NCBI GenBank assembly: GCA_013239625.1
Contig: MU053379.1
Span: 1,842,866-1,906,865 of the forward strand
Direction of reading: 5' to 3'
DNA from: Lama guanicoe
Lineage: Eukaryota
DNA length: 64,000 bases
Part shown: piece after piece, positions 49,513 through 62,599 of the stretch
Position numbering within the stretch: position 1 is the stretch's first letter
Layout of the letters: each line of letters starts with the position of its first letter
Translations under genes and position numbers: made by a program
The notes under the pieces: generated by a model
Seen by the model: the letters and a program-made list of their open reading frames with translations, nothing else
The model's database searches: none
Told to the model about the DNA's origin: nothing

Positions 49513-50145
49513 GCTGAGACTCTCTGTTTTCTGTCCTATCTGGGGGAGGAAGCAGTAGCCAAATTTAAGCAGTCAAGACTTCCGGCTTCCTGGAAGAGGG
49601 TGGGGTCCTCAGCATCCTGAGAAGTGGCCTAGAGAAAGGAGAGAGGAAACTCGTTTCTGTGTTCTTCCCCGTGGAGGGGGGCCAGTTCCAGGCAGTTCTT
49701 GATCATCTCTCAGCTGTGCACAGGCGGATGGAGTCATCGTTCGGAGGATGGGAAGACATAGGAGGCCCCTCCCCCGGGAGAGCTGGGCTTCCCTTCTACG
49801 CCCCGCCCACTGCGTCCTCCTGGGAAGAGCCCGGGTCAGCTGGCCAGGTGGGGGTGGCGGAGCATCACGCTCTCTCTGCTACAGCAGCCAGCCTGCCCGA
49901 GCCCTGACCCTGCGCAGCGGGGGAGTCCTGCAGGTCCTGAGTCCCCAAGCGGAGCCAGGTTCAAGGTCAGAGGCCAGGGACGTGCCTGGCCCGCTTGGTC
50001 CTAGGGCAGCTGGTTCCACCTCCTGGCCACCTTCTCCAGGAGCCTTGGCATCTAATCGCCGATTTTCAAGTTCCTGAGCAGATGCGCCCTTGCTCTCAGT
50101 CTGCCCCTTCTACCATCCTTCCACTGTGTTCTAAACTCGCGCCAC

Positions 50146-50292
50146 TCAGTGTGGTCCGAGGATGAGGCATCGGCTGGCTGGGAGCCTGTTGACCCCCGCA
50201 GAAGCCCAGGTCCACCTGGACGCACTGAGGCTGAGTGTCCATCTTACATGTTCCCCGACAACCACGTGCAGAGTGGAGTTTGACAAGCACTG
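50146..50292. mobile_element. MER5-like MITE
   Basis: cagtgtggtccgagga...ctgggagcctgtt...agtttgacaagcactg. Confidence 0.5.
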
Positions 50293-50896
50293 GGCTAGTG
50301 TATGCTTAGCAAATATTAATTCTCTCTTCCTTTGTTCAACATTGTGTATCAAATAACAGTCAGTAAGTTTCTGCGTGAGAGCTTGAGGAACAGAGCAAGA
50401 TTTCGGGGCAGGAGTTTCGTGAGCGCCATCTCTTCCCCTCTCTTCCAGCCAGTGCTCCGAAGGCCGGGGCTGCTCCCGGATGGACCAGGGCTGCCTGGGG
50501 GAACCGTATGGCTCCGGCCGCTTGCTTCCTCGTGCGCGTCTGCCGCCCCGCGAGCCCCGGCAGGAGGCAGTCACCACTGCCTGAGCTGCAGTCGTCGTGG
50601 CCGCAGGAGCTGTGAACAGAGCGTGACACTGAGGGGACGCTGCCGTCCGCTGCCTTACGTAACCTGCTCGAGTCCTGCCTTCCAGATCTGTGTGCGGACC
50701 TGCTCCCTGCCCCTGCCACCACCTGTTTCATTAGCCACGTTCAGCTTTGCCGGGGGAAGGTCAAAGACGAGTGCCAGGGACAGCTGGGTGCTTTAAGTCT
50801 GCTGGGAAAATGCCTTTTTTGAGCTCAATCTAAGTTGTGTTTATTTGCTTTCGTGGAGTCTTTCTGAAACTTTTTTTTCTGTCTGTAATCTATTAT

Positions 50897-50949
50897 CCTT
50901 CCTTCCTTCCCTTCTTTCCTTCCTTCCCTTCCTTCCTTCCTTCCTTCCT
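50897..50949. repeat. (CCTT)n microsatellite
   Basis: ccttccttccttcccttctttccttccttcccttccttccttccttccttcct. Confidence 0.9.
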
Positions 50950-52980
50950 GAAGAAGCACAGTTTGGGGCCATTGGAGCCTTGGTTTTAGCTGCTCACATG
51001 TTCATGTGAACTTGAATTCAGATCTCAGACTTGATCCCAAACCCATGTTCAAGGGGCCAGGGCTGGAGGAGAACCCTGGCCTTGGAGTGGGCAGCTAGCT
51101 CTGGGTTGGCAGGGTCCACATGGTGAGTCACTCCAGGACGAGGTGATGCCTTAGAGACAGACCCGCCCTCCCTGACCTTGGGATGGCCAGGCTCTCTGCT
51201 GGGAGTGGGGAGGCTTGGAGATGGAAAGGACAGGTTCGACCTGGAAGATGGTCAGGGTGGATGTCAGGGGGCAGGGAGAGAAAGGCTTCCAGGAGGAGGT
51301 GTTTGTGAGTTGACAGGTGTCTCCAAAGGAACATGGTTTCCCGCTGTCACCCCTGGGAGGTCGATGGCACTTGTCTGCACGGTAGTAACGTCACACAGCC
51401 CCGTGCTCCCCGCCCGGGGAGTTCACTGGGTGGCGTCCTCCCCGCTCGCAGTAGGCTGCGGCTTTCAAAAGGCTGACAAGGGAGAGGCAGTCACAGTCGC
51501 CTGATTAACCTGTGGTCCGTCAGAGAACGTGCCTGGGGCTCCGTTTGGGGCACGAGGACTTTTCCTGTGGGTCTCTCTTTTTCATCATGAGTAATTTTGC
51601 ACGCATTTCCTGCTCTCGTTCTAATTCACATTCCAAACACTGAAACAACAGGTGGACGTGAGCCTTTAACGCAAGAGCAGTAAGTTCAAGGTAGCCGACT
51701 GCCAGGATGGGAAGTCGCGCTGCCAGCCAGGGCACTCGATTAATTTGCAAAGGTGCCGGGGTAACTTTACGTGGCAGTGGACGTCCCTCGGTTGGATCAC
51801 AGTATCACAGGGGGACTTCAGGAGGCTCCGTTCCTGTGTCTGACGTGTGTGCTGGTCGGCGGGCTGCCCGGCGTGTGGGCAGGTGTCGGGGAAGGCATTC
51901 CAGGAATCCTTCCAAAGGTCCGGTAATGTGGGAGCTTAGAACAGCTTAAGTATACATAGCCTTTATGTTTAAATCTCTGGCTTTTTAAAATTAGAAGTGT
52001 CGTTTAAGAACATGCACAGCTAGAAAATCCCAACGATGTTGACTGCTGCCAAGTGAAAGTTAAATTCTCTTCACAAGCACGTCGCCTCCCCTGCCTGTGC
52101 TCGGGGAAGACGGTCACTACGAGCGGGGCGGCCGGAGGTGGGGGACCGACGTGACTGCTTTTTACCCGTTCACAGGTGCACACGCATAGATGATCAAACA
52201 GGCGGGACCCGTTTTACACTTTATTGAGCTCCTTGCCCAACTGCTACCCCTGGGGGGTTTGTTTTGTTTTGTTTTCGGCACGTTGGTCCAGACTGCGTGT
52301 TGACACCTGTGATGGGCGGGACGCGCGGGCTTGTGACAAGTTTTACTGCAGCACGAGAGGGAACCAGGAGATGCCACGAGCTGTGCTTTCACACGGCGGC
52401 CCAGAGCCCCGAGGGCCAGCGCTCAGAGGTGGAAGGAGCCAGAGCCTCCCCAGGAAGAGCTGGGGGGGAGGCTGGTTCCTCCCTGGTTTGCCCCGGGCTC
52501 TGCACCTGCCTGGCCCTGCGTGGGCCCAGGAACCAGGGAGTCTGGAACCCAGCCCCGTTCTGGGCTGTAGCCTGTCTCATCTCCAAGGCCAGGAAGTCAC
52601 CTCACTGAGGCCTTTTTTTTTTTTTTTTTAAGATTTGGGGATTTAACAAGAATTTGAGGCATGACATCTCCCATGGCTACAGTGTTCCGGCGGCCGCGTC
52701 CAGGCGGACACGCAGCTGCGTGTGCTCTCCCAGTCGGTCCCGGGGATTAGGTAGGAGACGTGGGGCGAGTTTCTATCCTGCCCTTTCCCGGCTGGTAACA
52801 GGGAGGTGCCTCGCTGACAAGTTTAATCCCTCTGGGGCTTTAGAAACGTGCTGGGCGACCTCCCCGCCTCTCACCAGGAAAGTCTGTATGCGGAGGGCGG
52901 GTGGAGGAGGGAAGGACCGTGCTGGACACCTGGGCCAGATGATGGAATTTCAGGTACTAGAGTGCAGGGGGCACCTCTTC

Positions 52981-54090
52981 CTTTTTACAAACTTCTTATT
53001 ATACAGTTTTTAAAGGTTACTTTCCATTTACAGTTACTACAAAATATTGGCGTATTCCCCGTGTTGTACACATCCTTGGGCCTGTCTTACATTCAGTTAT
53101 CGTACCTTCCGCTCCCCCGCCCTAGCTGGCCCCTCCTCCCCTCCCCACTGGTGACCACGGGTTGGTTCTCTAGGTCTGCGAGTCTGCTTCTGTTTTGTTA
53201 CACTCACTAGTTTGTTGTATGTTTTTAGACTCTGCATATAAGCGATTATCACACAGTATTTATCGTTCTCTGTCTGACTTTTTTCACTTAGCATAATACT
53301 CTCCAAGTCCATCCATGTTGCTGCACATGGCAGAATTTTATTCTTTTTCTGTGGCTGAGTAGTGCTCCACTGTGTGTGTGTGTGTGTGTGTGTATGTGTG
53401 TGTGTGTGTGTACACCATAGCTTCTTTATCCAGTCATCTGTCAATGGGCACTTGGGCTGTTTCCATGTCTTGACTCTTGTAAATAGTGCTGCTGTGAACA
53501 TCGGGGTGCATATATCTTTTTGAATTAGTGTGTGTTTTTTTCAGATATATACCCGGGGTGGAACTGCTGAGTCATGGGGTAGTTCTATTTTTAGTTTTTT
53601 GAGGCACCTCCATGCTGTTTTTCACAGCAGCTGCACCAGTTTACATTCCCACCCGCAGTGCACGAGGGTTCCCTTTTCTCCACACCCTTGGCAGCATTTC
53701 TTATTTGTAGCCCCTTTGATGATGGCCGTTCTGACAGGTGTAGGGCGACATCGCACTGTGGTTTGGATTCTCCTCTCCCTGGTGGTTAGTGATGCCGAGC
53801 ATCTTTTCATGTGCCTGTTGACCATCGGCATTTCCTCTTTGGAAAAATGTCCATTTGTTTCTTTTGCCCATTTTTCAATTGGGCTGTTTGTTTTTTGATG
53901 TTGAGTTGAATGAACTGTTTATATAGGATGGAGATTAATCACTTATCAGTCATATCATTTGTAAATATTTTCTTTGATTCAGTAGGTTAGCCTTTCCTTT
54001 CCTCAGTGGTTTCCTGTGCTGTTCAAAAGCTTTTAAGTTTAATTAGGTCCCATTTGTGTAAGTCTGCTTTTATTTCCTTTACTTTAGGAG
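52981..54090 (-). mobile_element. L1 3' fragment (~1.1 kb; ORF2 C-terminus plus 3'UTR) with internal (TG)n
   Basis: Minus-strand peptides MFTAALFTRVKTWKQPKCPLTDDWIKKLW and HMKRCS...[18 protein letters not shown] belong to the L1 ORF2 Cys-rich end. Confidence 0.9.
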
Positions 54091-57000
54091 AGGGGTCAGG
54101 AGGCCTCTTTCTCTGAGCATTTCCTGACGGCGTACGTGGGCTGGTCATCTTCTGCGTTTATCCAGCGCTCCTTCATAGAACCAGGTGCTACTGATGACGA
54201 CTGCAGCTTTTGACTTAAAAACTCTCTGTCCCCAAGTTTCCCTCTGGTTTTGTTGGGGTCCCAGGGCTGCAGGCAGGCGTCCTTCCAGGCCAGTGTTTCC
54301 CGAGGATGGCAGAGTGAAGGAGTAGCTCTTGCCCGACCCTGGTCTCAACATCTTTCCTGGCGTTCCAGACACTTAAGTTTCCTCACTCAACTGAGGGTTT
54401 TCCCTGTCTGCAGGTTGAAGGGAGTTGCCCTGGAAGGTTCTTGGCTGTGCAGGCAGCAGGGCCCTCCTGCCTCCTGGCCCGCTGCCCATCCCGCGGTCTC
54501 CCAGGAGTGCCAGCAAAGGCTTGTCACGACACACCACGGCGTCTGCCGGGCCGTGGCCTGTCGGTGTGTCTGGACATGGGTAGGAGGCCGCGTCAGCCGT
54601 GTTACTGACAGGTGGGGGGGCCTGCCCTGCACAGAAGTACAGATTCGCCCTGTCATCTTAAAGCACTAAGGACACATTTTGACATTTGGTCAAAGGCCGC
54701 GCATACAAAATGCTGAAGGAGACATTTGTGTTGATTTTATGAGTTGTAGGGCCAGTGAGCTGGCAGTCCAATCACCTGCTTCTGGGGCACCTACATTCTA
54801 TCCCAGCCGGAGGAGACCATCTGTTCTGTTTTTGCGTTTTTGCAAAGAAAAGGTCCTTTGTGTCACTGCACTCAGACCTGCCCCCCTCACACCCGTATCT
54901 GTCAACAGCACTTCCGCACGGTAGGCTATGCCCAGAAGACCTGTTTTCCCTCTTCCACCAGCCTAGGGATGTTTTCGATGAGAAGTGAAAAGGAGGCCAT
55001 GGGCGGCGGCCCCAGGGCTGGTTTTCCCGAGGCCCAGCCCTCAGGGGTGGGCAGCAGAGATTCCCAGAGTAGGAGGCAGGCACTGGAGGGGTTTTCCATC
55101 CAGCACCAAATAGGAATAGTGGAATGTTCTAGAAAGAGGTGGGGTCCTGGCTCCACCCCAAGGAGACTGAATGGCTGGAGGCAGATCCTGATCTTGCAGG
55201 GCTGAGGCCTCCCTCCGTCCAGGCTGTGGTCATGGTGAGCACATGGGAGGGTGCCCTGTGCTCGTGATGTGACCAAAAATAGTTTGCATGCTGGTGATTT
55301 TTACCGTCTGTGTGGGTCCAGTGGTTCTGCTGGTAGGAGGGCCAGTATTCTCCTGGAGGCTGATAACACCATAACCAGGATTCACGGTTCTTTTGTTCAC
55401 TTATGCACAGAAATATTTGAAAAGTGCTGGTGTAAGGGGCGCTGGCAAACCGGAGGCCCCCAGTCCTGTGTGTACACGTTAGCCATGTAGCCGGAGAGAG
55501 AAGGGGCGGGGTGATAAAGGCCCAGAAGCAACCAGAGGAGGTAAGCAGGTCCCCAGAGTTCACATGAAAGGAAGGGAGCTTGCCTGCAGCCGCCGTGGGG
55601 GCGGTGGGGTGGCAAACATCAGAGTTTGGCCTTCCATGAGCAAGTGTGGTGGTCCATTCAACGGGGCAGGATTCCCTGTTTAATCTGAGCTACAGTTCAT
55701 AAATCAGTCAAATAAAAAAAATCCAATCTTGAAAATGTCTAGCAGTTCAGCAACTCTGGAATTAAGTCGGCCGATGGGGGCCATAAATCAGCTGGAAGTA
55801 AGTCACCGAGTCCGGGGCAAGAGCGGAGGAGGGTTGAGGCCGGGAGGGGAGCGGGTACCACCTGACCCGCGGCGGGCCGCGCGAGGGGGCCCGTGAGCCG
55901 GACTGACGTCCTCCGGGGCTCTCATCTCCTTGGCAAAGTTTTGAAATGCGGAGTCTCCTCGATCTTCAAGTGCATGAGCAGGGCTGGGCGGCCGCCTCCT
56001 TCCGGGATCAGAGTCACCTTGTTTCTGTTCAGGGACGATTGCATTTCTCTTCTGCCTCCCAGTGACACCTCTCTGACCTGCTATGTTTACAGAAAAGAGG
56101 TGAAAGGGAAAAGTGCTCTCGGGGCCAGCTGCCCCGCCAGGCCCCACCCCTCACTCCTGTCACCCAAGCAAGCGAGGTGGGAGAGATCCAGCTGCATCCA
56201 GAGCTGCCGGGAGCATCTCTCCATAGACAGCAAACCAGGAAGAGCCACGGGGGCTGCCTCTCCTCCCTGAGTCTCCGTGACAGGTTCCGCGGTCCTGTGA
56301 TCATGTGGTGGGAGGTCTTGGTAGGGACAGACTGGGCTTAAGTCTTCACTCTTTAAGGGGGTGTGTTTCATTGTTAACATTTGTCTAAGTCAGCATTTCC
56401 CAGCGGAACTGCCTTGCAGAGGAATCAGGGCCTCAGGCTCAGCGCCGTTCCTGGACCCACTCCTGAAACGCGGGGACGGCTCTAAGGCAGGTGCGCTCAG
56501 CACTGCCAGCTCCCTCCCTCCCTCCATAAACCTGCTCTGGTGCAGGTGCCCCTTCCACCCGAGGATGCACCAGCCGCACTGTTGCACCTTTAGAAGTGCT
56601 GGGATGAGGTGATGCATGAAGTCGACTCCTTGCCCTGGAGGAGCTGCAGTCTAGGAGGCGGGAGAGAGGTTTAAAATACTGAACAATGACAAAGTGTGAG
56701 CTCGGGCAGGTCAGGGCCGGCTGCCGCCTGGAGGGAGCAGAGCCCCGTGCTTGTCGTTTGGATCATCAGGATGCTGTGATGGGGGCACTCGGGGAGGGCT
56801 CAGGTAGAGGGTGCTGGAGGGGCTTGGGGGAGCAGTTATGTCCCAGGTGGTGCAGAGTGTTTTGCTGTTTTAGCAGCTGGTACATCCATCCGTACCGTGT
56901 ACGGCCACCTGTGCCCGCTTGATGGTGGATCATGGGCCCCTCACACCTAAGGAACGGTGCCCAGGGCAGAGGCTTCTCCCAGCTGGGGGCGGGGTGGGTG

Positions 57001-57579
57001 GGGACTCCCGGAGCTTCATCCTGCAGACTCCCAGGGGAGCTCGTCCTCCTGAGCCCGCCTCGCTCCTGGGCAGCTGCAGGCGTGGATTTGAGAAGCAGGG
57101 TCCACCCAGCTTGCTCACCTGTAATTACGTTCACTTAACTCTGCATGTCAAGGCTGCACCTGGAGTCAAACGTGTTTAAAGGAACGCTGGCCCCGGGCAC
57201 CACCGGTGAGGCCAAGCTGCAGCCAGTTCGAGGCCTGGTAGTGTCCTGCTGGGTGCAGACAGGTCAGGTTGTCATCTGGGGAGGTGGTGCACGCGTGTGT
57301 TTTGTGTTTCAGTTTCAAAAATAGGGGGCTTTACTATCACCATAGAGGTGGAGTTATGGCATTTACAGGAGAGGAACGCCCGCACGGAACTTCAAAGATT
57401 ATTTCCACCTCGTTTGGGAGATGGTTGCTGGATTGCTCTCCTGGAGCTCCTGGGTCTGGCTGTCTGCTCGTTGTTCTGGGAGGCCTGTTGGCCTTCATTT
57501 GATCCATGCCGCGGTCCTGCTGCCTCGAGGGAGCCGAGCTTTGGGACGCTGTGCGTTTCTGGCTCTGGGTCAACATCCT

Positions 57580-58345
57580 GTATGGGGGGTATCATACTGT
57601 CTACGCGTACATTCACACGTGTGTGTGTGTGATTTAATTCAGTTCTGACACTGTCTGCCTGGAGATAGCATCCAGTCCCACAGCTTAAGGGCCGGGTCCG
57701 CACGCTGCGCCCGCATCAGACACCAGTCACGGCTCCAGGTAGTCGCCTGTGCTTCTGACCCACTGGCGATAAATGAGAGGGTCCCACAACCCGCTCCTGA
57801 AGTCCAGTGAATTTACTAGATTGGCTCATAAAACTCAGAGAAACGTTGACTTATGTTTACTAGTTTATTATAAAAGATACTATTTACATCAATTATATCT
57901 CAGTAAAAAGGTAGAAAGAGGCTATTAGAAAAGGATGCAGATACAGCCAGCTGAGGAGGGACGCAGGGCCAGGTCCTGGGCAGGGGCTCTGTCCCCGCGG
58001 AACTGGGTGCACCCCACTCCCAGCACATGGGTGTGCTCACCAGCCTAGAAGCTCCTCAGCTCTTGTTGTTCGAGAGTTTTGATGGAGCTTAATCTGCAGA
58101 CCCCGTGTACCCCTTCCCAGAGGCTGGTGGCTGGGGTTGAAAGTTCCAACCCTCCAATCACTTGGTCTTTCTTGGGACCAACACCATCCTGAGGCTAAGG
58201 GCCCCACCCTAAGTCACTTTATTAATTCACAGGGGCTCCTTAAGAGTAACAAAACCCCTCCCATCCCTCAGGGAATTCCAAGTTTGCCAGGAACCAGGGA
58301 CCAAGACCAAATATATTAAACATGTATTTTTATTATTATTTTACA
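57580..58345 (-). mobile_element. MER21-like LTR
   Basis: aattcagttctgacactgtctgcctggagatagcatc...aaaactcagagaaac...gtttattataaaagata...tgaaagttccaaccctccaatcac...ccaggaaccagggaccaagaccaaatata. Confidence 0.75.
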
Positions 58346-58431
58346 CACACGTATGTGTATGTGTGTATATATACACACACACATATATATACACACATAT
58401 ATACACACACATATATATACACACACATATA
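58343..58431. repeat. Compound (CA)/(TA)/(TG) microsatellite
   Basis: acacacacgtatgtgtatgtgtgtatatatacacacacacatatatatacacacatatat... Confidence 0.9.
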
Positions 58432-59400
58432 AATCATTTGTTTATCTGGCAAAATCATTTGAAAGTAAGTTGCAGGCAAACCTTTGCCTCTAAGTATTTG
58501 GTGCTGACCTCCTGAGAACATACATTCCCCTCCATGAACACACCACCACGCGAGAAACACACTCAAGAAATGGGACAGTCGCCTGGGAAACTTTTAAAAC
58601 AATACAGATGAAGCTTTGCTCAGATTGAGACCTGAGTATCAGAAGCATGCAGAATTGTTAGTAATTCACTGAGCAGACGTTTACCGAGTCACTGGGGTGC
58701 ACGGCTCACTAGGCTTGGAAGTAAGGAAGCCAAGATCAGAGCACAGACTGAATTGATAAAGATACTGAAAATATGTGACGGGGAAAAAGGAAAAAGAAGT
58801 TTGTGCTGAATAACTTCAGTCTTGGAAAACCGAAAGCCACTGCTACTTCCAGGCTGTTAGATCGTCCAGGAGTCAGTACAGATCATCTTAAGGAGTAAGA
58901 TTATCTTATTCCTTCATGTCTAAGACATTGGTTACATTTCAGTGTGTTTCAGGTAACTAAAGGCATGTCAGGACAGCAGGTAAAAGATGCTATAAGGTTC
59001 TGTATAGTTCTGTTCCAAAATGTTAAATAAACATTTTTCTTGTCAGAAAAATAATGTCAATAATATATAATCTGTACCCGTATTGGTATTTCCCACAGTT
59101 GCCCCCAAAAGCTTTTTTATGACTATTTTTAAACTCTGGGGTCTTGCCAAGCTTCATACGTTGTGTGTGGCTGAGTGTCTTTAATGAGTGTCCTCGTTCT
59201 AGGACCGCTCCTTGCTTTCTTTGTCTTCTCTCCTGCCGTTGACATCCCGACGGGCCCAGGCCTAACTGGTGGAATGCCCGCGCTCTGGGTTGTCTGACTG
59301 CCTCTCTGTGATCTGACGCGGGTTGAACATTTTCGGCAGGAATTCCGCGTAAGTGGTGTGCTGTCCTCCGCAGCACGTCACGTCAGAGGCAGCGATGCCA
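58430..59400 (-). mobile_element. Scattered old L1MC/ME fragments
   Basis: catttgaaagtaagttgcaggca (58457) and tttcccacagttgccccc...catacgttgtgtgtggctgagtgtcttt...gttgaacattttcggcaggaat. Confidence 0.5.
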
Positions 59401-61713
59401 GGGTGTCCACGGCTGGTCCTGGTGGGCTGGTTGCAGTGGCCCCTGGACTGATGCTCTGCATCTGTGCCCCTGTCCTGCTTCCCGCTCAGCCTGTGGCTCT
59501 GGCATCCTCGGAGCAGCCTCAGCCAGGCCAGTTATCATGCCAGGGTTTGCAGAATGTGATTTTCCTCTTCAGCCGTTTCTCCTACAGCGGCTGGCCTTGC
59601 TCTTGGAAAAGGAGCCCTTCCCTGTAGGATCACCGTGGAGTCTTTTTCACTTTTTTTTTTAAGGCAGTTTATTATCATCATGTTTTGGAGGGGGCGACAC
59701 TCAGATTGCCGTTTTGGCCACGAGAGCCCATTCAAGCCGACACACTCATGAATGAGTTTCCAGACTCACCGCCCCTTGCTCTCTCCTGCCCGGGTAGTTG
59801 AGGCTTGCAAAGACCTGGGGTTTCTCTCCGGCCTGTACCTACCTGTTCTGTGAAATCCAGTGAGACTCGAACAGTTTTTCTTCTGGTGAATGAGCATCGA
59901 TCTTAAAAGTCTGGAGCCGGCCCCAGGCCAGACCAGGGCCAGCAGCCACAAGCTCGCAAAGGCCGCCAGCCCGAGGGCCGCCCTTCTCCGAGCTTGTCGG
60001 GGTGCGTCCTCCTTGTCAGCTAGAGCTGGTGAAACGGCAGCGAGACACGAAACACGGGGCCACAAGGGAACCCCTTCGGTCGAGCGGCATTTTCCTTTGG
60101 GGAGAAAGGTGACCTTCTGTGTGCTTCGAGCCTGTAAAGTACTGAGAAGAGTGTTTGCTGTAAACAGAGTGACCTGGAGGCACCCGGGACCACAGACATG
60201 CTGACTGGTGGGCAGAGGTTCAGGAGGTGGGTGACACGGCCTGGAAACGTCCCCGGACCTGGAGGGTTCACTGCGGGGTGTTTTTATCAGAGTTGTGCAC
60301 TTCTTTTCTATGGAAGATCCTCTTTGGTCAGAGCACCTCAAGGAGCCCGTAGGACTAGACGTGCCCGTTCAGGTGATCTCACCCCAGGGCCAGCCGCGTC
60401 TTCAGCCTGTGGTTGGACACCCCCCCTGCCAGCGCCTTCTCTCTGAATCCCACGGCCTGTGGCCTCACTGGGAGGGCGATGTGGGCCTTGAGGCCTGGGG
60501 GGGACTTTGGCGACCACTCACATGTTTTATGGGACCTTCCATCAGTGCGGTGCTGGGAACCACACTTACCCACAGGGGAGACCAAAGGCCAGCACCTCAT
60601 TTGCCAAGAGGGCGGAAGAGTTGGCCTTAGCTGGAAAATTGCTCCTCTTCCCTGCTGGGTTTTAAGAAGGTGCAAGGCTTTTTATAGCTCGGCAAACCAT
60701 TTACCTGATGTCAGCACCATCAACACCGTCATTAGCACTCAGACAAGGCCACTGAATTAGGAATGTCCGCTTTCTAGTAAGTCGGGGGCAAGAACACCTC
60801 ACTCGCAAGATCACCGAGCGTCCGATGGGACCAGGCACGGAGAGCTCCCCGCACGAGGCCTGGCCTGGGATCAGGGCTCAGAGAACATGGGCTGAGATGA
60901 TTCAACATATTTGGTAGCTGCAATGATCTGGCCTTGGCACACTCGAGAATAATTTTTGAAACTGCTCTTTCCTAAGTCGCTCAACTTCTTTCCTCTTATT
61001 TCAGTCATTTGCAATCTGGCTGCTGCGGCGGCTGGTAAGTTCCAAATTGCTGTCCGAGGGCTAATTGGCTGCCCTCTCTCCTCATTAGAGGAGGGAAAAA
61101 CTGCCTTTCTTGGTACTGAGACCGCACGCAGATCCATCTGAGGCTGCTCTCAGTTTTAAAGTGTTTCCTTGAGGACTGAGCTCCTCAGTGAGACCGGGCT
61201 GCAAACACATTGTCACATCCAAGTTCTAGCCCCTTTAACGTCTACCATGGGGCACGTTCACTGCTCCAGGGGGTGACTGGGAAGTTCTGCTTCTGAGAAA
61301 ACATCTCTGTCTTGGATTCACATCAAGAGGCGTTACAGCTGATCCCCCAAGCCCCGGGTTCGTGGTCGCAGAGCTCTAGAGGTCGCGGCTTCCCTGGTCA
61401 TCATCCTTCCCGGACTCCACACCAAGGCGATCTGACATCTTTACCCATCCGATTACCCAGAGAAAATCGAGCTGTTGATTCATTAAAAAGATGCCCTTTG
61501 GCGCTGTCTACAGAATGCCAGTTATGCGGCCGGAAATGGCGGCATCAGTGACCTTACTTCTCCCCAGGACGTTAGTGCAGTCTGGCATTTGCGTTACTGT
61601 TGTGACACATACTGTCCCGGGGAGCATCTCCGACTTCTGTTCAGTGAGTTCACCCTCCTGGTATGTTCCCTTTTCAGTCTTTGCCCCGCAGCCCGCAGTC
61701 CAGAGGCGCAGCT

Positions 61714-61806
61714 TTTCCCGGGGATGACAGCTCACGGAGGTGAATGGAAGGCCGGGCATTTCCCGGGGATGACAGCTCACGGAGGTGAATGGAAGGCCGG
61801 GCATTT
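61714..61806. repeat. Perfect 45-bp tandem duplication
   Basis: tttcccggggatgacagctcacggaggtgaatggaaggccgggca at 61714-61758 and 61759-61803, followed by ttt. Confidence 0.95.
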
Positions 61807-62120
61807 TGAGATGACACCTTCTCATTCTTACTCCTGTGTGTCATGCTGTTGCATTCCTGAAATAACTCAGGTGGCCTTTAGGTCACAGTGGGGTCACACC
61901 CTGTCAAGAGAGGAGCCCAGACGGCAGCCTGAGCCCTGGCGTGGGTGAGCAGCGCCGCCCGTTCTGAGTCTTCGGCCGCTCTCCCTCGTGACCGCCGTGT
62001 GGGGCAGGAGCCGGGCTGCCAGGGCCGGGGGAGGCGCCCCCTCAGAACACAGGTTCCTCCTTCGGCCAGGGCCTGGGAAGCAGCAAATGGTCTGCTCAAA
62101 AGGGGTGAAGGCGGTAGTTT

Positions 62121-62599
62121 CGTTACTGAGTCCAAGCTCACGTGCTCGCTGCAGGACAGGCCAGTAAATTGAGGGACAAGTGGTTGAGGCAAGGAGTAGC
62201 GACTTTATTCAGAAAGCCCGCAGACCAAGAAGATGGTGGACTTGTGTCCCAGAGAACCGCCTTGCCTGAGTTAGAATTCAGGCTTCTTTTACACTAAAAG
62301 GGGAGAGACTAAAGTCAAACGTTTCCTGGTTCCGGTCAGCCTCCGGAGGGGAGGTGCTAATTTCTGCCTTCCTGGTCATTCACAAGTGGGCCCGGGTGTT
62401 TCCTGTGAGCTAAACAAGGGATTTTAGCTTAACGCTTATGAGCTGGGAGGCCAGGTTCCCAGAGGTGGGCCATGGTGTATAACTTAAGCTTATGGGCAGC
62501 ATCCCTTTGTGATTAACTTACAGGAAAAGCAATAAAATCCAAAGGTGAGAGGAAAAGAACAGACCTAATATAGAGGCAGGTCTGACCTTCCCTGTTACA
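62121..62599 (-). mobile_element. ERV1-class (MER41-like) solo LTR
   Basis: Termini cgttact...tgttaca with a 4-bp TSD gttt/gttc (62117-62120, 62600-62603). Reverse-strand AATAAA (tttatt) lies ~85 bp from the left end. Confidence 0.7.

Noticed and set aside
53097..53898. Protein-like ORFs here and at 7712-8770
   Set aside because: Frameshifted L1 ORF2 remnants, not host genes.
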